A stretch of DNA of 42,982 bases from a bacterium (GCA_027310225.1 DAIDBG010000244.1:1-42982); one strand, 5' to 3'. Positions 26,145 to 33,957 are shown, counted from the first letter of the stretch. Numbers and translations: made by a program. The notes: generated by a model not told the origin, from the letters alone.

Positions 26145-26339
26145 ATGAAAGTCACCGATCCCGTGTGCGGGATGAGCATCGAGTCGGAAAAGGCCCATGC
26201 CAGCGAAAAGTACCAGGGCAACACTTACTATTTGTGCTCGCCCCAGTGCCAGCAATCGTTCAAGGCGAACCCCGCGAAATTCGCGGCCAAGGCCGGCCCG
26301 GCCGGCGGCGTAGGCACCCACGGCGGGCACCATCACTAA
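26145..26339 (+). CDS. YHS/TRASH-type small metal-binding protein
   Basis: AAGGAGA RBS. In-frame ATG within track ORF 25986..26339. MKVTDPVCGMSI..YQGNTYYLCSPQCQQSFKANP...HGGHHH. Confidence 0.8.
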   Translation: MKVTDPVCGMSIESEKAHASEKYQGNTYYLCSPQCQQSFKANPAKFAAKAGPAGGVGTHGGHHH

Positions 26340-26361
26340 AGAGTCGGGTACACGCAAAACG

Positions 26362-26384
26362 GCGCCCCCCGGCCCGGGGGGCGC
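26362..26384 (-). terminator. GC-rich hairpin (10-bp stem), followed by a T-run on the minus strand
   Basis: GCGCCCCCCG-GCC-CGGGGGGCGC. The minus strand continues GTTTTGCG. Located downstream of the SPW-like gene. Confidence 0.55.
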
Positions 26385-26487
26385 TCAAGCCGCTCTGCCT
26401 GAAGTGCGGCCGAACCCGGGGGAGCGCAGAGCGCGATCCTCGCGGCCTGCAGTCTGGGCCGCTGTTTGCACTGCGCCGGCCCGGAAG

Positions 26488-26853
26488 TCAGTGGTGTTGC
26501 ACGTGCGCCCCGGGGGACGGCGCCGCGAGCGCCCAGATCGCGTCAGCGGCGATCAGAATGCCCACGACGATCTGGTTCCACGCGGCGGCTTCCAGACTCG
26601 GATAGAAACCGAGCGCGAACGGTGCGATCACCAGCCATGCGCCGAGCACCACGTTCACCCACTCCTCCCAGGTTTCGGTCATGGGAGCGCGCAGCGCCCA
26701 TGCCGAAAAAATCACGACGGCGAGGCCGATGAGATAGGAATTCCACGCCGCCGCCCCGGTGAGCGGGCCGTAGGTCATGATGAACGGCGCGAAGAACAGC
26801 CACACGCCCAGCACGAGTATGACCCCATCCTGCCAACGTTGCTTGCGTTCCAT
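26488..26853 (-). CDS. SPW-repeat-like 4-TM membrane protein
   Basis: GAAGGAGG RBS. Internal duplication VLGVWLFFAPFIM / VLGAWLVIAPFAL. C-terminal HVQHH. Paralog of 34827..35198. Confidence 0.75.
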   Translation of the reverse strand: MERKQRWQDGVILVLGVWLFFAPFIMTYGPLTGAAAWNSYLIGLAVVIFSAWALRAPMTETWEEWVNVVLGAWLVIAPFALGFYPSLEAAAWNQIVVGILIAADAIWALAAPSPGAHVQHH

Positions 26854-26888
26854 GATGTGCCTCCTTCAAATCGACACGACACGGAAAA

Positions 26889-26919
26889 ACGATACACCTT
26901 GCCACGATGAGAAGGTCAA
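26889..26919 (-). promoter_or_regulatory. CueR/MerR-type promoter (TTGACC, 19-bp spacer, TATCGT) with CCTT-N11-AAGG dyad
   Basis: The minus strand reads TTGACCTTCTCATCGTGGCAAGGTGTATCGT. Lies between divergent SPW-like and cueR genes. Confidence 0.55.
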
Positions 26920-26940
26920 GCCTCGCGCGGAAGGCGACTC

Positions 26941-27414
26941 ATGAATGACCGGCAGATGAACATCGGCGAGGCGGCGAGGCGCTCGGGCGTCTCGGCGAGG
27001 ATGATCCGTCACTACGAGTCGATCGGCCTCATCCCGAAGGCGCCGCGCGCGTATTCGGGGTATCGCGCCTACTCGGGCAACGACGTGCACACGCTGCGCT
27101 TCATCCGCCAGGCGCGCAGCCTGGGGTTCTCCGTGAGTCAGATCGAGCAGCTCCTCGGCCTGTGGCGCGATCAGAGCCGGCCGAGCCGCAGGGTGAAGGC
27201 GCTCGCGCTGGCGCACGTCGCCGAGCTCGAGCAGCGCATCCGCGAGCTCGGCGCCATGAAGCGCACGCTGGAGCAGCTCGCAGCGCACTGCCACGGCGAC
27301 GAGCGGCCGGAGTGCCCGATCCTCGACGGCCTCGCCGTACCGGCCGGCGCCCGCCGGCGATCGCCGGCCCGTCCGGATTTGACGCAGATCAAACCGAAGG
27401 CGCGCGCTTGTTGA
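26941..27414 (+). CDS. cueR: MerR-family Cu(I)-responsive regulator, CueR/HmrR-like
   Basis: MNIGEAARRSGVSARMIRHYESIGL and the C-terminal CHGDERPECPILDGL (C-x7-C) loop. Confidence 0.85.
   Translation: MNDRQMNIGEAARRSGVSARMIRHYESIGLIPKAPRAYSGYRAYSGNDVHTLRFIRQARSLGFSVSQIEQLLGLWRDQSRPSRRVKALALAHVAELEQRIRELGAMKRTLEQLAAHCHGDERPECPILDGLAVPAGARRRSPARPDLTQIKPKARAC
27379..27392 (+). promoter_or_regulatory. FNR-like box TTGACGCAGATCAA (one half-site mismatch)
   Basis: Inside the cueR 3' end, 18 nt upstream of the TTGACA at 27411. Confidence 0.3.
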
Positions 27415-27441
27415 CATTGCCATGATTGGAAGCCAGATGGG
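27411..27441 (+). promoter_or_regulatory. CueR/MerR-type promoter (TTGACA, 19-bp spacer) upstream of the PLD/cls gene
   Basis: TTGACATTGCCATGATTGGAAGCCAGATGGG. Near-identical core to 9690..9720 and similar to 35284..35314. Overlaps the cueR stop. Confidence 0.45.
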
Positions 27442-27466
27442 CAGGCCGACGAAAGCCAGTTGCGGG

Positions 27467-28591
27467 ATGAAAGGACCGGCAGCCGCGGACCCGGGGCAGA
27501 GTTGCGCGCCGGTCCTGGCGCGGGGCGCGGACGCCTTCGATCTCTTCACGGAGGGCGACGCGCTGTATGGCGCGATGCTGTCCTCGATCGCCGCGGCGCG
27601 CTCGACGGTGCATCTGGAGAGCTATATCTTCGCCGACGATGAGATCGGCCGGGAATTCGCGCGCGCGCTCGAGGCGCGCGCGAACACCGGCGTCGAGGTG
27701 CGCCTGCATCTCGACGCCGCCGGCTCGCTGTTCCGCTGGTCGCGGCGCCTGGGGCGGCGGCTGCGCGAGGGCGGCGTGCAGGTGCGCCGGTTCCACCGCT
27801 GGAGCTGGCGCGAGCCGCTGCGCTACAACCGGCGCAACCACCGCAAGCTGCTGGTGGTGGACGGCGCGCAGGCCTACCTCGGCGGATTCAACATCCACCG
27901 CGAGAACTCGGCCGCCGTGTTCGGTGAAGAACGCTGGCGCGACACCCACGTGGGCGTGCGCGGGCCGCTGGCGGCGCAGGCCGCCGGGCTGTTCGACGCC
28001 TTCTGGCGCGGAGACCGGCACTGGCTGCCGGCGGAGCAGACGCCGGCGGCGAGCGTCCTGCTGCCCAATCACACGCGCACCTGCCGTCATCGGCTGCGCT
28101 GCATGTTCGACCAGATGTTCGGCGCGGCAACGCACCGGGTTGATCTCACCACGCCCTATTTCGTGCCCGATCACCGCACGCAGCACCGGCTCATCGAGGC
28201 GGCGCGCCGCGGCGTGGAAGTGCGGCTGCTCGTTCCGGCCAAGTCCGACGTTGCGCCGGCGCGCTGGGCGGCGCGCGCCTCGTACGCGGCCCTGCTGCAT
28301 GCCGGCGTGCGCATTTTCGAGTACCGCCCGCGCATGCTGCACGCCAAGACCGCCGTGGTGGACGGAAGCTGGGCCACGATCGGCACCGCCAATCTGGACT
28401 ACCGCAGTTTTTTCCTGAATTACGAGTTGAACCTGGTGTCGCGCGACGCGGACCTGTGCGAACGCCTGCAGTCCCAGTTCGGCGAAGACCTGGCGCAATC
28501 GCGCGAGATCGGCGCCGCATCCTGGCCGCAGCGGCCCTCCATCGAGCGGCTGTCGGAGGCGGTGGGATGGGCGGCGCGGCGCTGGCTCTGA
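27467..28591 (+). CDS. phospholipase D / cardiolipin synthase family protein (two HKD motifs)
   Basis: NHRKLLVVDG and LHAKTAVVDGSWATIGTANLD. Track ORF starts at 27422, but 27422 and 27437 lie inside the putative promoter, so ATG 27467 was chosen. Start uncertain. Confidence 0.8.
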   Translation: MKGPAAADPGQSCAPVLARGADAFDLFTEGDALYGAMLSSIAAARSTVHLESYIFADDEIGREFARALEARANTGVEVRLHLDAAGSLFRWSRRLGRRLREGGVQVRRFHRWSWREPLRYNRRNHRKLLVVDGAQAYLGGFNIHRENSAAVFGEERWRDTHVGVRGPLAAQAAGLFDAFWRGDRHWLPAEQTPAASVLLPNHTRTCRHRLRCMFDQMFGAATHRVDLTTPYFVPDHRTQHRLIEAARRGVEVRLLVPAKSDVAPARWAARASYAALLHAGVRIFEYRPRMLHAKTAVVDGSWATIGTANLDYRSFFLNYELNLVSRDADLCERLQSQFGEDLAQSREIGAASWPQRPSIERLSEAVGWAARRWL

Positions 28592-28872
28592 CGAGCATCG
28601 TAAGAATGGTTGACGATGCTCGACCCCTCACCCCTGCGCCCGCGGAGGGCGGAGCAGGTTCCAAGCGTATCGTGCTTGGATGCGACCCCGGAGCGGGATG
28701 CAGCGCCGCCATGGCCCGCGTGCTTACGTGCGCCTTCACGGTCGCATCCCCAAAATCGGGGCCCCTGCTCCACGTTCCGGCGCACCCTCTCCCGAGTGGA
28801 GAGGGGAAATGGACGGCGGCAAATGGTTTGTCAACCATTTACCGGAGACTCGATAGTGAGAGGAGAACTCCA
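28592..28872 (+). repeat. structured intergenic element, copy 2, carrying a nested ~150-nt palindromic insertion
   Basis: HP1 28592..28600/28614..28622, HP2 28785..28792/28798..28805, HP3 28822..28828/28833..28839. Insert is about 28635..28783. Confidence 0.7.
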
Positions 28873-29373
28873 GTGAAAGCGAAGGATGTCATGGCGAGGC
28901 CGGTTGTTTCCGTCGCCCCCGATACGGACGTGCGCAAGATCGCGCGATTGCTTCTCGGACGGCGCATCAGCGCGGTGCCCGTCATCAACGATCGCGGGCG
29001 GGTGATCGGGATGGTGAGCGAGGGCGACCTCATGCGGCGGCCCGAATCGCGGACGGAAGGTCGTGCCTCGTGGTGGCTCGATCTGCTGCACGGGCTCGCC
29101 GCCCGCCGGCCTGGCGCAGGCAGGTCCGCAGCCCCGAAAGCAGCCCGGATCCGGGACGGCGTGGCAGCCGGGTTGCGCGAAGCCGGCCTGCGCAGCGAAG
29201 TAATTAACGTGGTCGTGGAAGACGCGGCCGTGCATCTGTGGGGCTGGGTCGAATCCGCCGCGCAGCGCAGGGCGGCCGCGCTCGCCGCGGCGCGCACCCC
29301 CGGCGTGAAGAAGGTGGAAAACCACCTCGCGGTCCTGACTCCCCGGCTCATGGGAACCCTGGGCGCGGAGTAA
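28873..29373 (+). CDS. CBS-BON protein apparently lacking the second CBS motif
   Basis: GTG 28873 follows GAGAGGAGA, in frame in track ORF 28456..29373. One CBS (VMARPVVSV..ISAVPVINDRGRVIGMVSEGDL), then BON-like VVVEDAAVHLWGWVES..TPGVKKVENHL. Confidence 0.65.
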   Translation: MKAKDVMARPVVSVAPDTDVRKIARLLLGRRISAVPVINDRGRVIGMVSEGDLMRRPESRTEGRASWWLDLLHGLAARRPGAGRSAAPKAARIRDGVAAGLREAGLRSEVINVVVEDAAVHLWGWVESAAQRRAAALAAARTPGVKKVENHLAVLTPRLMGTLGAE

Positions 29374-29448
29374 GCTCGCGCCGACGCAAATGGCCGGTGA
29401 TCATTCTCGATTCGCACGCCGGGCAAGCGGTGACCGAGGTGGCATAAC

Positions 29449-30387
29449 ATGAACGCACCCGAACTGAATTTGCAGCGGAGCCCCCCGGCCGCCGCCGCTC
29501 GCGCCGGCGAGCCGCAGTGGACAGAGCGCGAGCGCCGCCTGCGGCTCGCGGATGGACGCGTCCTCGCCTGCCTGGAAATGGGCGATCCCGCCGGCAGCCC
29601 GGTCTTGTACTTCCACGGCTATCCGGGGTCGCGTCTCGAGGGCCGCCTCGCGGCGTCCGCCGCCCGGCGGCAGGGCCTGCGCTTGCTCGCCCCCGATCGT
29701 CCCGGTTTCGGCGCATCGACATTCCAGCCGGGCCGCACGATCGGCGCCTGGGCGGCGGACGTGGCGGAGTTGGCGGACCAGCTCGGGCTGGAGCGCTTTG
29801 CCGTCGTCGGGGTGTCGGGCGGCGGACCCTACGCGCTTGCCTGTGCCGCACGCATCCCCGAGCGCCTGAGCCGCGTGGCTCTCGTCGGCGCACTGGGGCC
29901 GCTCGGGCGCAAGCGGCTCGCGCGCGATATGGTGGCGGTGAATCGGCTGGTGTTGGCGCTCGCCCGGCGCCTGCCGTTCCTGGCGCGCCTCGCGGTCGAG
30001 CTGGCGGCGCGCTGGATTCGCCGGCATCCCGACCATCATCTCGCGCATATGACGGCCGCCGCGCCCCCGGTGGACCGCCGGGTGCTCGCCGTTCCGGCTT
30101 ACCGCGCGCTGTTCACCGAGAGCACGGCGGAGGCGCTGCGCCCGGGCGGACGCGGCGCGGCGTGGGATCTGACGCTGCTCGCCCGGCCTTGGGACTTCAG
30201 CTTGCAGGAGGTGTCCGTACCGATGCGGATCTGGCAGGGACTGGCCGACAACATCGTGCCGCCGGCAATCGCGCAGGATCTCGCAGCGGCGCTGCCGGCG
30301 AGCGAGTGCCGCTATCTGGAAGACGAGGGTCACCTCTCGCTGATCGTTCGTCACATGGATGCCGTCCTCGCCGACTTGCATGCATGA
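29449..30387 (+). CDS. alpha/beta-fold hydrolase
   Basis: VLYFHGYPGSR and the nucleophile elbow VVGVSGGGPYA. The first 9 codons are identical to those of 31109..31387. Confidence 0.75.
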   Translation: MNAPELNLQRSPPAAAARAGEPQWTERERRLRLADGRVLACLEMGDPAGSPVLYFHGYPGSRLEGRLAASAARRQGLRLLAPDRPGFGASTFQPGRTIGAWAADVAELADQLGLERFAVVGVSGGGPYALACAARIPERLSRVALVGALGPLGRKRLARDMVAVNRLVLALARRLPFLARLAVELAARWIRRHPDHHLAHMTAAAPPVDRRVLAVPAYRALFTESTAEALRPGGRGAAWDLTLLARPWDFSLQEVSVPMRIWQGLADNIVPPAIAQDLAAALPASECRYLEDEGHLSLIVRHMDAVLADLHA

Positions 30388-30423
30388 GCTTTTCCGCCGA
30401 TGAAAGTCAAGGAGGAACACACC

Positions 30424-31080
30424 ATGTCGAATGCGCATTCCGAGCGCCAGGCTCATCCGCGGCGCGACGATCTGGAGACGATCAAGCTCGAGCTTGATCA
30501 GGACGGGGCCCCGGTATCGATCGAACCGCGCGCATGGTACGTCTGCTTCGTGCCAGGGCTGCTCAAGCAGTGGTGGCACCCGTTCGTGCACGAGCGCCAC
30601 AAGCACGTCTTCGCCATGCGGCCAGCCGGTCCGGGCCAGTGGACCCTGTTCGAGCCGTGGTGGCACCGCCTCTTGACCGCGACCATCGCGTCGGAGCAGG
30701 CGCGCAAATTCCTGATCTGGGGCGCACGCGGCGACGTGCTGCACGTTCGCGAAGCCGTCCCCGGGCTCGGCAGCCAGGTGCGCGGCTGGATGACGTGCGC
30801 GGCCCTTGCCTCATACCTGCTCGGACGCCCGTACTGGGTGTGGACGCCGCACGGGCTCTACAAGCTGCTGCTGCGCGAACCGGGCGTGTGCCGCGTGGAC
30901 GCGTCGGCGCTGGTGAGCCTCGACGAGGCGAAGCTGGCCGACGCCGCGCTGCTGATCGAGGCTTGCGAGGAATGCAAGCCGGGCGCGCCCAGGCGTCGGC
31001 CCGGCGCGCCGAAACCCTTCTGCATGAATTGCGGCCGGGACCTCGTCCCCGAAGTAGGCAGGCCGGACGCGCACTTGTAA
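30424..31080 (+). CDS. hypothetical protein with C-terminal CxxC-x16-CxxC zinc-ribbon-like motif
   Basis: AAGGAGG lies 8 nt before ATG 30424, in frame in track ORF 30400..31080. CEECKPG...FCMNCG. Family not recognised. Confidence 0.55.
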   Translation: MSNAHSERQAHPRRDDLETIKLELDQDGAPVSIEPRAWYVCFVPGLLKQWWHPFVHERHKHVFAMRPAGPGQWTLFEPWWHRLLTATIASEQARKFLIWGARGDVLHVREAVPGLGSQVRGWMTCAALASYLLGRPYWVWTPHGLYKLLLREPGVCRVDASALVSLDEAKLADAALLIEACEECKPGAPRRRPGAPKPFCMNCGRDLVPEVGRPDAHL

Positions 31081-31108
31081 CAAATAGCCAAGGGGCAAGA
31101 GGCACGAC

Positions 31109-31387
31109 ATGAACGCACCCGAACTGAATCTGCGGTTGACGCCCCCGCGAGCGGCGGCACCGACGTTCCTCGATCAATGGACGTCCTACTGGATCGACGC
31201 CGCGCAGCGCGGCGTGCTCTTCCTCGACATCCTGCGCGAGCGCGCCAACAAGATGCTCGCGCACGAGCAGACGGGCCTGCCGCCGCTCTTGCATTTCGAG
31301 TACGAAACGATCCTGGATGCCCGCCGTTTCAAGCATCCCGCCACATCCTGCCGCCTGCACGAGCCCGAGGAGAGGCAGGCCGCCTGA
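31109..31387 (+). pseudogene. N-terminal fragment of a DUF3141-like gene fused to a 45-nt pduL-type 3' tail
   Basis: WIDAAQRGVLFLDILRERAN..PPLLHFEYETILDAR is a DUF3141-like N-terminus (full-length proteins are much longer). The last 45 nt are 40/45 identical to 41733..41777. Confidence 0.55.
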
Positions 31388-31959
31388 TGAGCGCGGCGCC
31401 CCCCTTGTCCGGCCGCGCCGGGCTGATCGTCGGGCTCGCGAACGAGCACAGCATCGCCTACGGCTGCACGCGGGCCATGCGCGAAGCGGGGGCGGAGCTT
31501 GCGGTCACCTACCGCAACGAGCGCACGCAGGCGTATGCCCGTCCCCTCGCCGAGCGGCTCGGCTGCGCCATCGCCATGCCTTGCGACGTCGAGCGGCCGG
31601 GCGAGCTCGAGGCGGTATTCGAGGCGATCCGCAACCGCTGGGGCCGGCTCGACTTCGCCGTGCACTGCATCGGCGCGGCGCCGCGCGCGGACCTGCAGGG
31701 CCGGGTCGCGGACTGCTCGCGCGAGGGCTTCCTGCGCGCGATGGACGTGTCGGTGCACTCGTTCATCCGGCTCGCGCGGCTGGCGGAGCCGCTCATGGAC
31801 CGGGGCGGCTGCCTGCTGACCATGAGCTACCTCGGCGCGGACGAGGTGGTGCCGGAGTACCGCGTGATGGGCCCGGTGAAGGCGGCGCTGGAGGCGGCGG
31901 CGCGCTCGATGACCGGCTGCACGGTATACGTGGATGCGGGCTACCACATCGTGGATTGA
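31387..31959 (+). pseudogene. fabI: enoyl-ACP reductase FabI homolog with an in-frame internal deletion of about 65 aa
   Basis: Aligns from memory to E. coli FabI through ..YNVMG.AKA.LE...R.M, then jumps to TG..V.VD.GY. 190 aa versus about 260. Catalytic Tyr and Lys retained. Confidence 0.6.
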
Positions 31960-32045
31960 GCGTGCGCCGCAGGCGGGCTGATCGGGGCGTTGGCTGGCGG
32001 CAGGCTACCCCGCGGTCCCCACCTTCCGGGAACGTGTGGGCAGTC

Positions 32046-32711
32046 GTGGGGCGGAATGAGGAGCTTGAGGTAGGGCAGCTTTTCGCGGATTGCGATCGCG
32101 CGGCCTCACGATACGCCGGTGTCGCCGGAATCGTGGGCGCGTTCGCGTTCGCGTCGGCGGTCCTCGTGCTGCAGGCGGTGCGCGCCGACGCGGACTGGAC
32201 GACGCACTACGTCAGCGACTTCGCGAACGGCCGGCTCGGGTGGCTTTTCATCCTCGGCACCGCGCTTCACGGCATCGGCAATCTCGCCCTCAGCTTCGGG
32301 CTGCGCCGCGCGCTCGGCGCGCACCGGCTGCGCGACGGGGCGGTGCTGCTTTTCGCTCTTGCTGCGGCGGGCGTGCTCGCCGCAGCGTTCGTTGCCACCG
32401 ACCCGCCCGGGCGCGCGCCCACGCCGGAGGGACTCGCTCACCGCGCGCTCGTCACAAGCTCCTTCGTGCTCGAGCTGCTCGCGCTGTTCCTGTTCTCGAC
32501 CGTCTTCGCCGCGAGCGCGCGCTGGCGCCTGCACGGGCGGGTCTCGCTCGCGCTCGCAAGCCTCGCCGCCTTCGCTCTCGCCGTCTTCGCCCTCGCAATC
32601 CTCGCGAACCGCGCTCCCGGACTCGCCGAGCGCTTCGCGCTGGCGAGCTTCCTCGCCTGGGAGATCTGGGCGGCCTTTACGCTGCTGCGCTCGCGGCGGC
32701 CCCCGCCGTGA
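32046..32711 (+). CDS. polytopic membrane protein (DUF998-like)
   Basis: Hydrophobic 3' part of composite track ORF 31317..32711. No ATG; GTG 32046 or GTG 32133 are possible starts. Confidence 0.45.
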   Translation: MGRNEELEVGQLFADCDRAASRYAGVAGIVGAFAFASAVLVLQAVRADADWTTHYVSDFANGRLGWLFILGTALHGIGNLALSFGLRRALGAHRLRDGAVLLFALAAAGVLAAAFVATDPPGRAPTPEGLAHRALVTSSFVLELLALFLFSTVFAASARWRLHGRVSLALASLAAFALAVFALAILANRAPGLAERFALASFLAWEIWAAFTLLRSRRPPP

Positions 32712-32726
32712 CATGCCCGCGGCTTG

Positions 32727-33146
32727 TCACTGGAGGCCGTCGCGGGCGTCGGCGAGCCCATCCAGGATCGGGCAGTCCGGCCGCTCGTCGCCGCGGCAGT
32801 GCACGGCAAGGTGCTCCAGAGTGCGCTTCATGGCGCCGAGATCGCGCATGCGCTCCTCGAGCCCGGCGATGTGCGCGAGCGCGAGCGCCTTCACCTTGCT
32901 GCTCGGCCGCAGATGGTTGCGCCACAGGCTCAGAAGCTCCTCGATCTGCCTGACCGAGAACCCCAGCGCGCGGGCGTGATGCACGAACCGCAGCGTGTGC
33001 ACGTCGCTCCGGCCGTAAGCGCGGTATCCCGAGTCCGTGCGCCGGGCCGCGGGTATCAGGCCGATGCGCTCGTAATGCCGGATCATCCTTGCCGAGACGC
33101 CGGAGCGCTTCGCCGCCTCGCCGATGTTCAATTGCGCGTCGTTCAT
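32727..33146 (-). CDS. cueR: MerR-family Cu(I)-responsive regulator, CueR-like (paralog 2)
   Basis: LNIGEAAKRSGVSARMIRHYERIGL ... CRGDERPDCPILDGL. 13 nt downstream of the BI-1 gene stop. Confidence 0.85.
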   Translation of the reverse strand: MNDAQLNIGEAAKRSGVSARMIRHYERIGLIPAARRTDSGYRAYGRSDVHTLRFVHHARALGFSVRQIEELLSLWRNHLRPSSKVKALALAHIAGLEERMRDLGAMKRTLEHLAVHCRGDERPDCPILDGLADARDGLQ

Positions 33147-33159
33147 CGGTCGCCTCGCG

Positions 33160-33891
33160 CTACCGCCGCTCCCCTGCCAGCGCCATCAGCAGGATCAGCA
33201 GGTTGGCGAAGATGTTCCAGAGACTCATGTACACGCCGGTCGTCGCCATGACGTAGTTGGTCTCGCCGCCGCGCACGATCCTCGAGAGGTCGTAGAGCAG
33301 GAAGAGCGAGAACACCACGATCACCAGGGTCGAGATGGTGAGCGCGAGGGCCGGGATCTGCAGCCAGAGGTTCGCGAGCATCGCCACCAGCAGCGCGATC
33401 ACGCCGACGAAGAGGAATTTCCCCATGAAGCTGAAGTCGCGCTTCGTGGTCGTCGCGATCGCGCCCATGGCGAGAAAGATCGCGCCGGTGCCCAGCGCCG
33501 CGTAGCCGACGAGCTGCATGCCGTTGTCCATCGCGAGCGCGAGGTTGAGGATCGGCCCCAGCCACCAGCCGAGCACTCCCGTGAGCAGCAGCAGCAGCGC
33601 GATGCCGATGCCGCTGTCGCGGTTTGCCGCGATGCCGAATTGCAGTCCCACCACGGCGGCGAGCAGCACCAGCGTGCTGACGATCGGGTTCTGCACGATG
33701 ATCGCGCTCGTCTGGATGCCGATGTAGGCGCCGATAAAGGTCGGCACCATGGTGAACGCGAGCAGCAGGTAGGTATTGCGCAGGACTTTCTGCGCCGAGG
33801 GCGCTATCGCCGTCTCGGGCACCGCGTCGTAGGTTCTGCCGCGGCCGAGATACGGCTCGTTGGTGCGTACGGGTTTGAGTTCAGGTTCCAC
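33160..33891 (-). CDS. Bax inhibitor-1 / YccA family membrane protein
   Basis: GTG start after AAGGAGA. 7 TM helices. NTYLLLAFTM ... LFLLYDLSRIVRGGETNYVMATTGVYMSLWNIFANLL. Confidence 0.85.
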   Translation of the reverse strand: MEPELKPVRTNEPYLGRGRTYDAVPETAIAPSAQKVLRNTYLLLAFTMVPTFIGAYIGIQTSAIIVQNPIVSTLVLLAAVVGLQFGIAANRDSGIGIALLLLLTGVLGWWLGPILNLALAMDNGMQLVGYAALGTGAIFLAMGAIATTTKRDFSFMGKFLFVGVIALLVAMLANLWLQIPALALTISTLVIVVFSLFLLYDLSRIVRGGETNYVMATTGVYMSLWNIFANLLILLMALAGERR

Positions 33892-33926
33892 GTTCGTCTC
33901 CTTGGACTGGGATCAAGTTCGCGCCC

Positions 33927-33957
33927 ATCCTGCGCCTTGACACGCTGTCAAGGTCAA
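33927..33957 (-). promoter_or_regulatory. CueR/MerR-type promoter (TTGACC, 19-bp spacer, CAGGAT) with perfect palindrome CCTTGACA-GCG-TGTCAAGG
   Basis: Palindrome at 33935..33953. Overlaps the stop codon of cueR paralog 3 and lies upstream of the BI-1 gene. Confidence 0.55.

Noticed and set aside
31317-32711. 464-aa track ORF read as a single protein.
   Set aside because: Its first ~270 codons overlap the fabI remnant out of frame and are Arg/Gly-rich. Only the hydrophobic 3' third looks like a gene.
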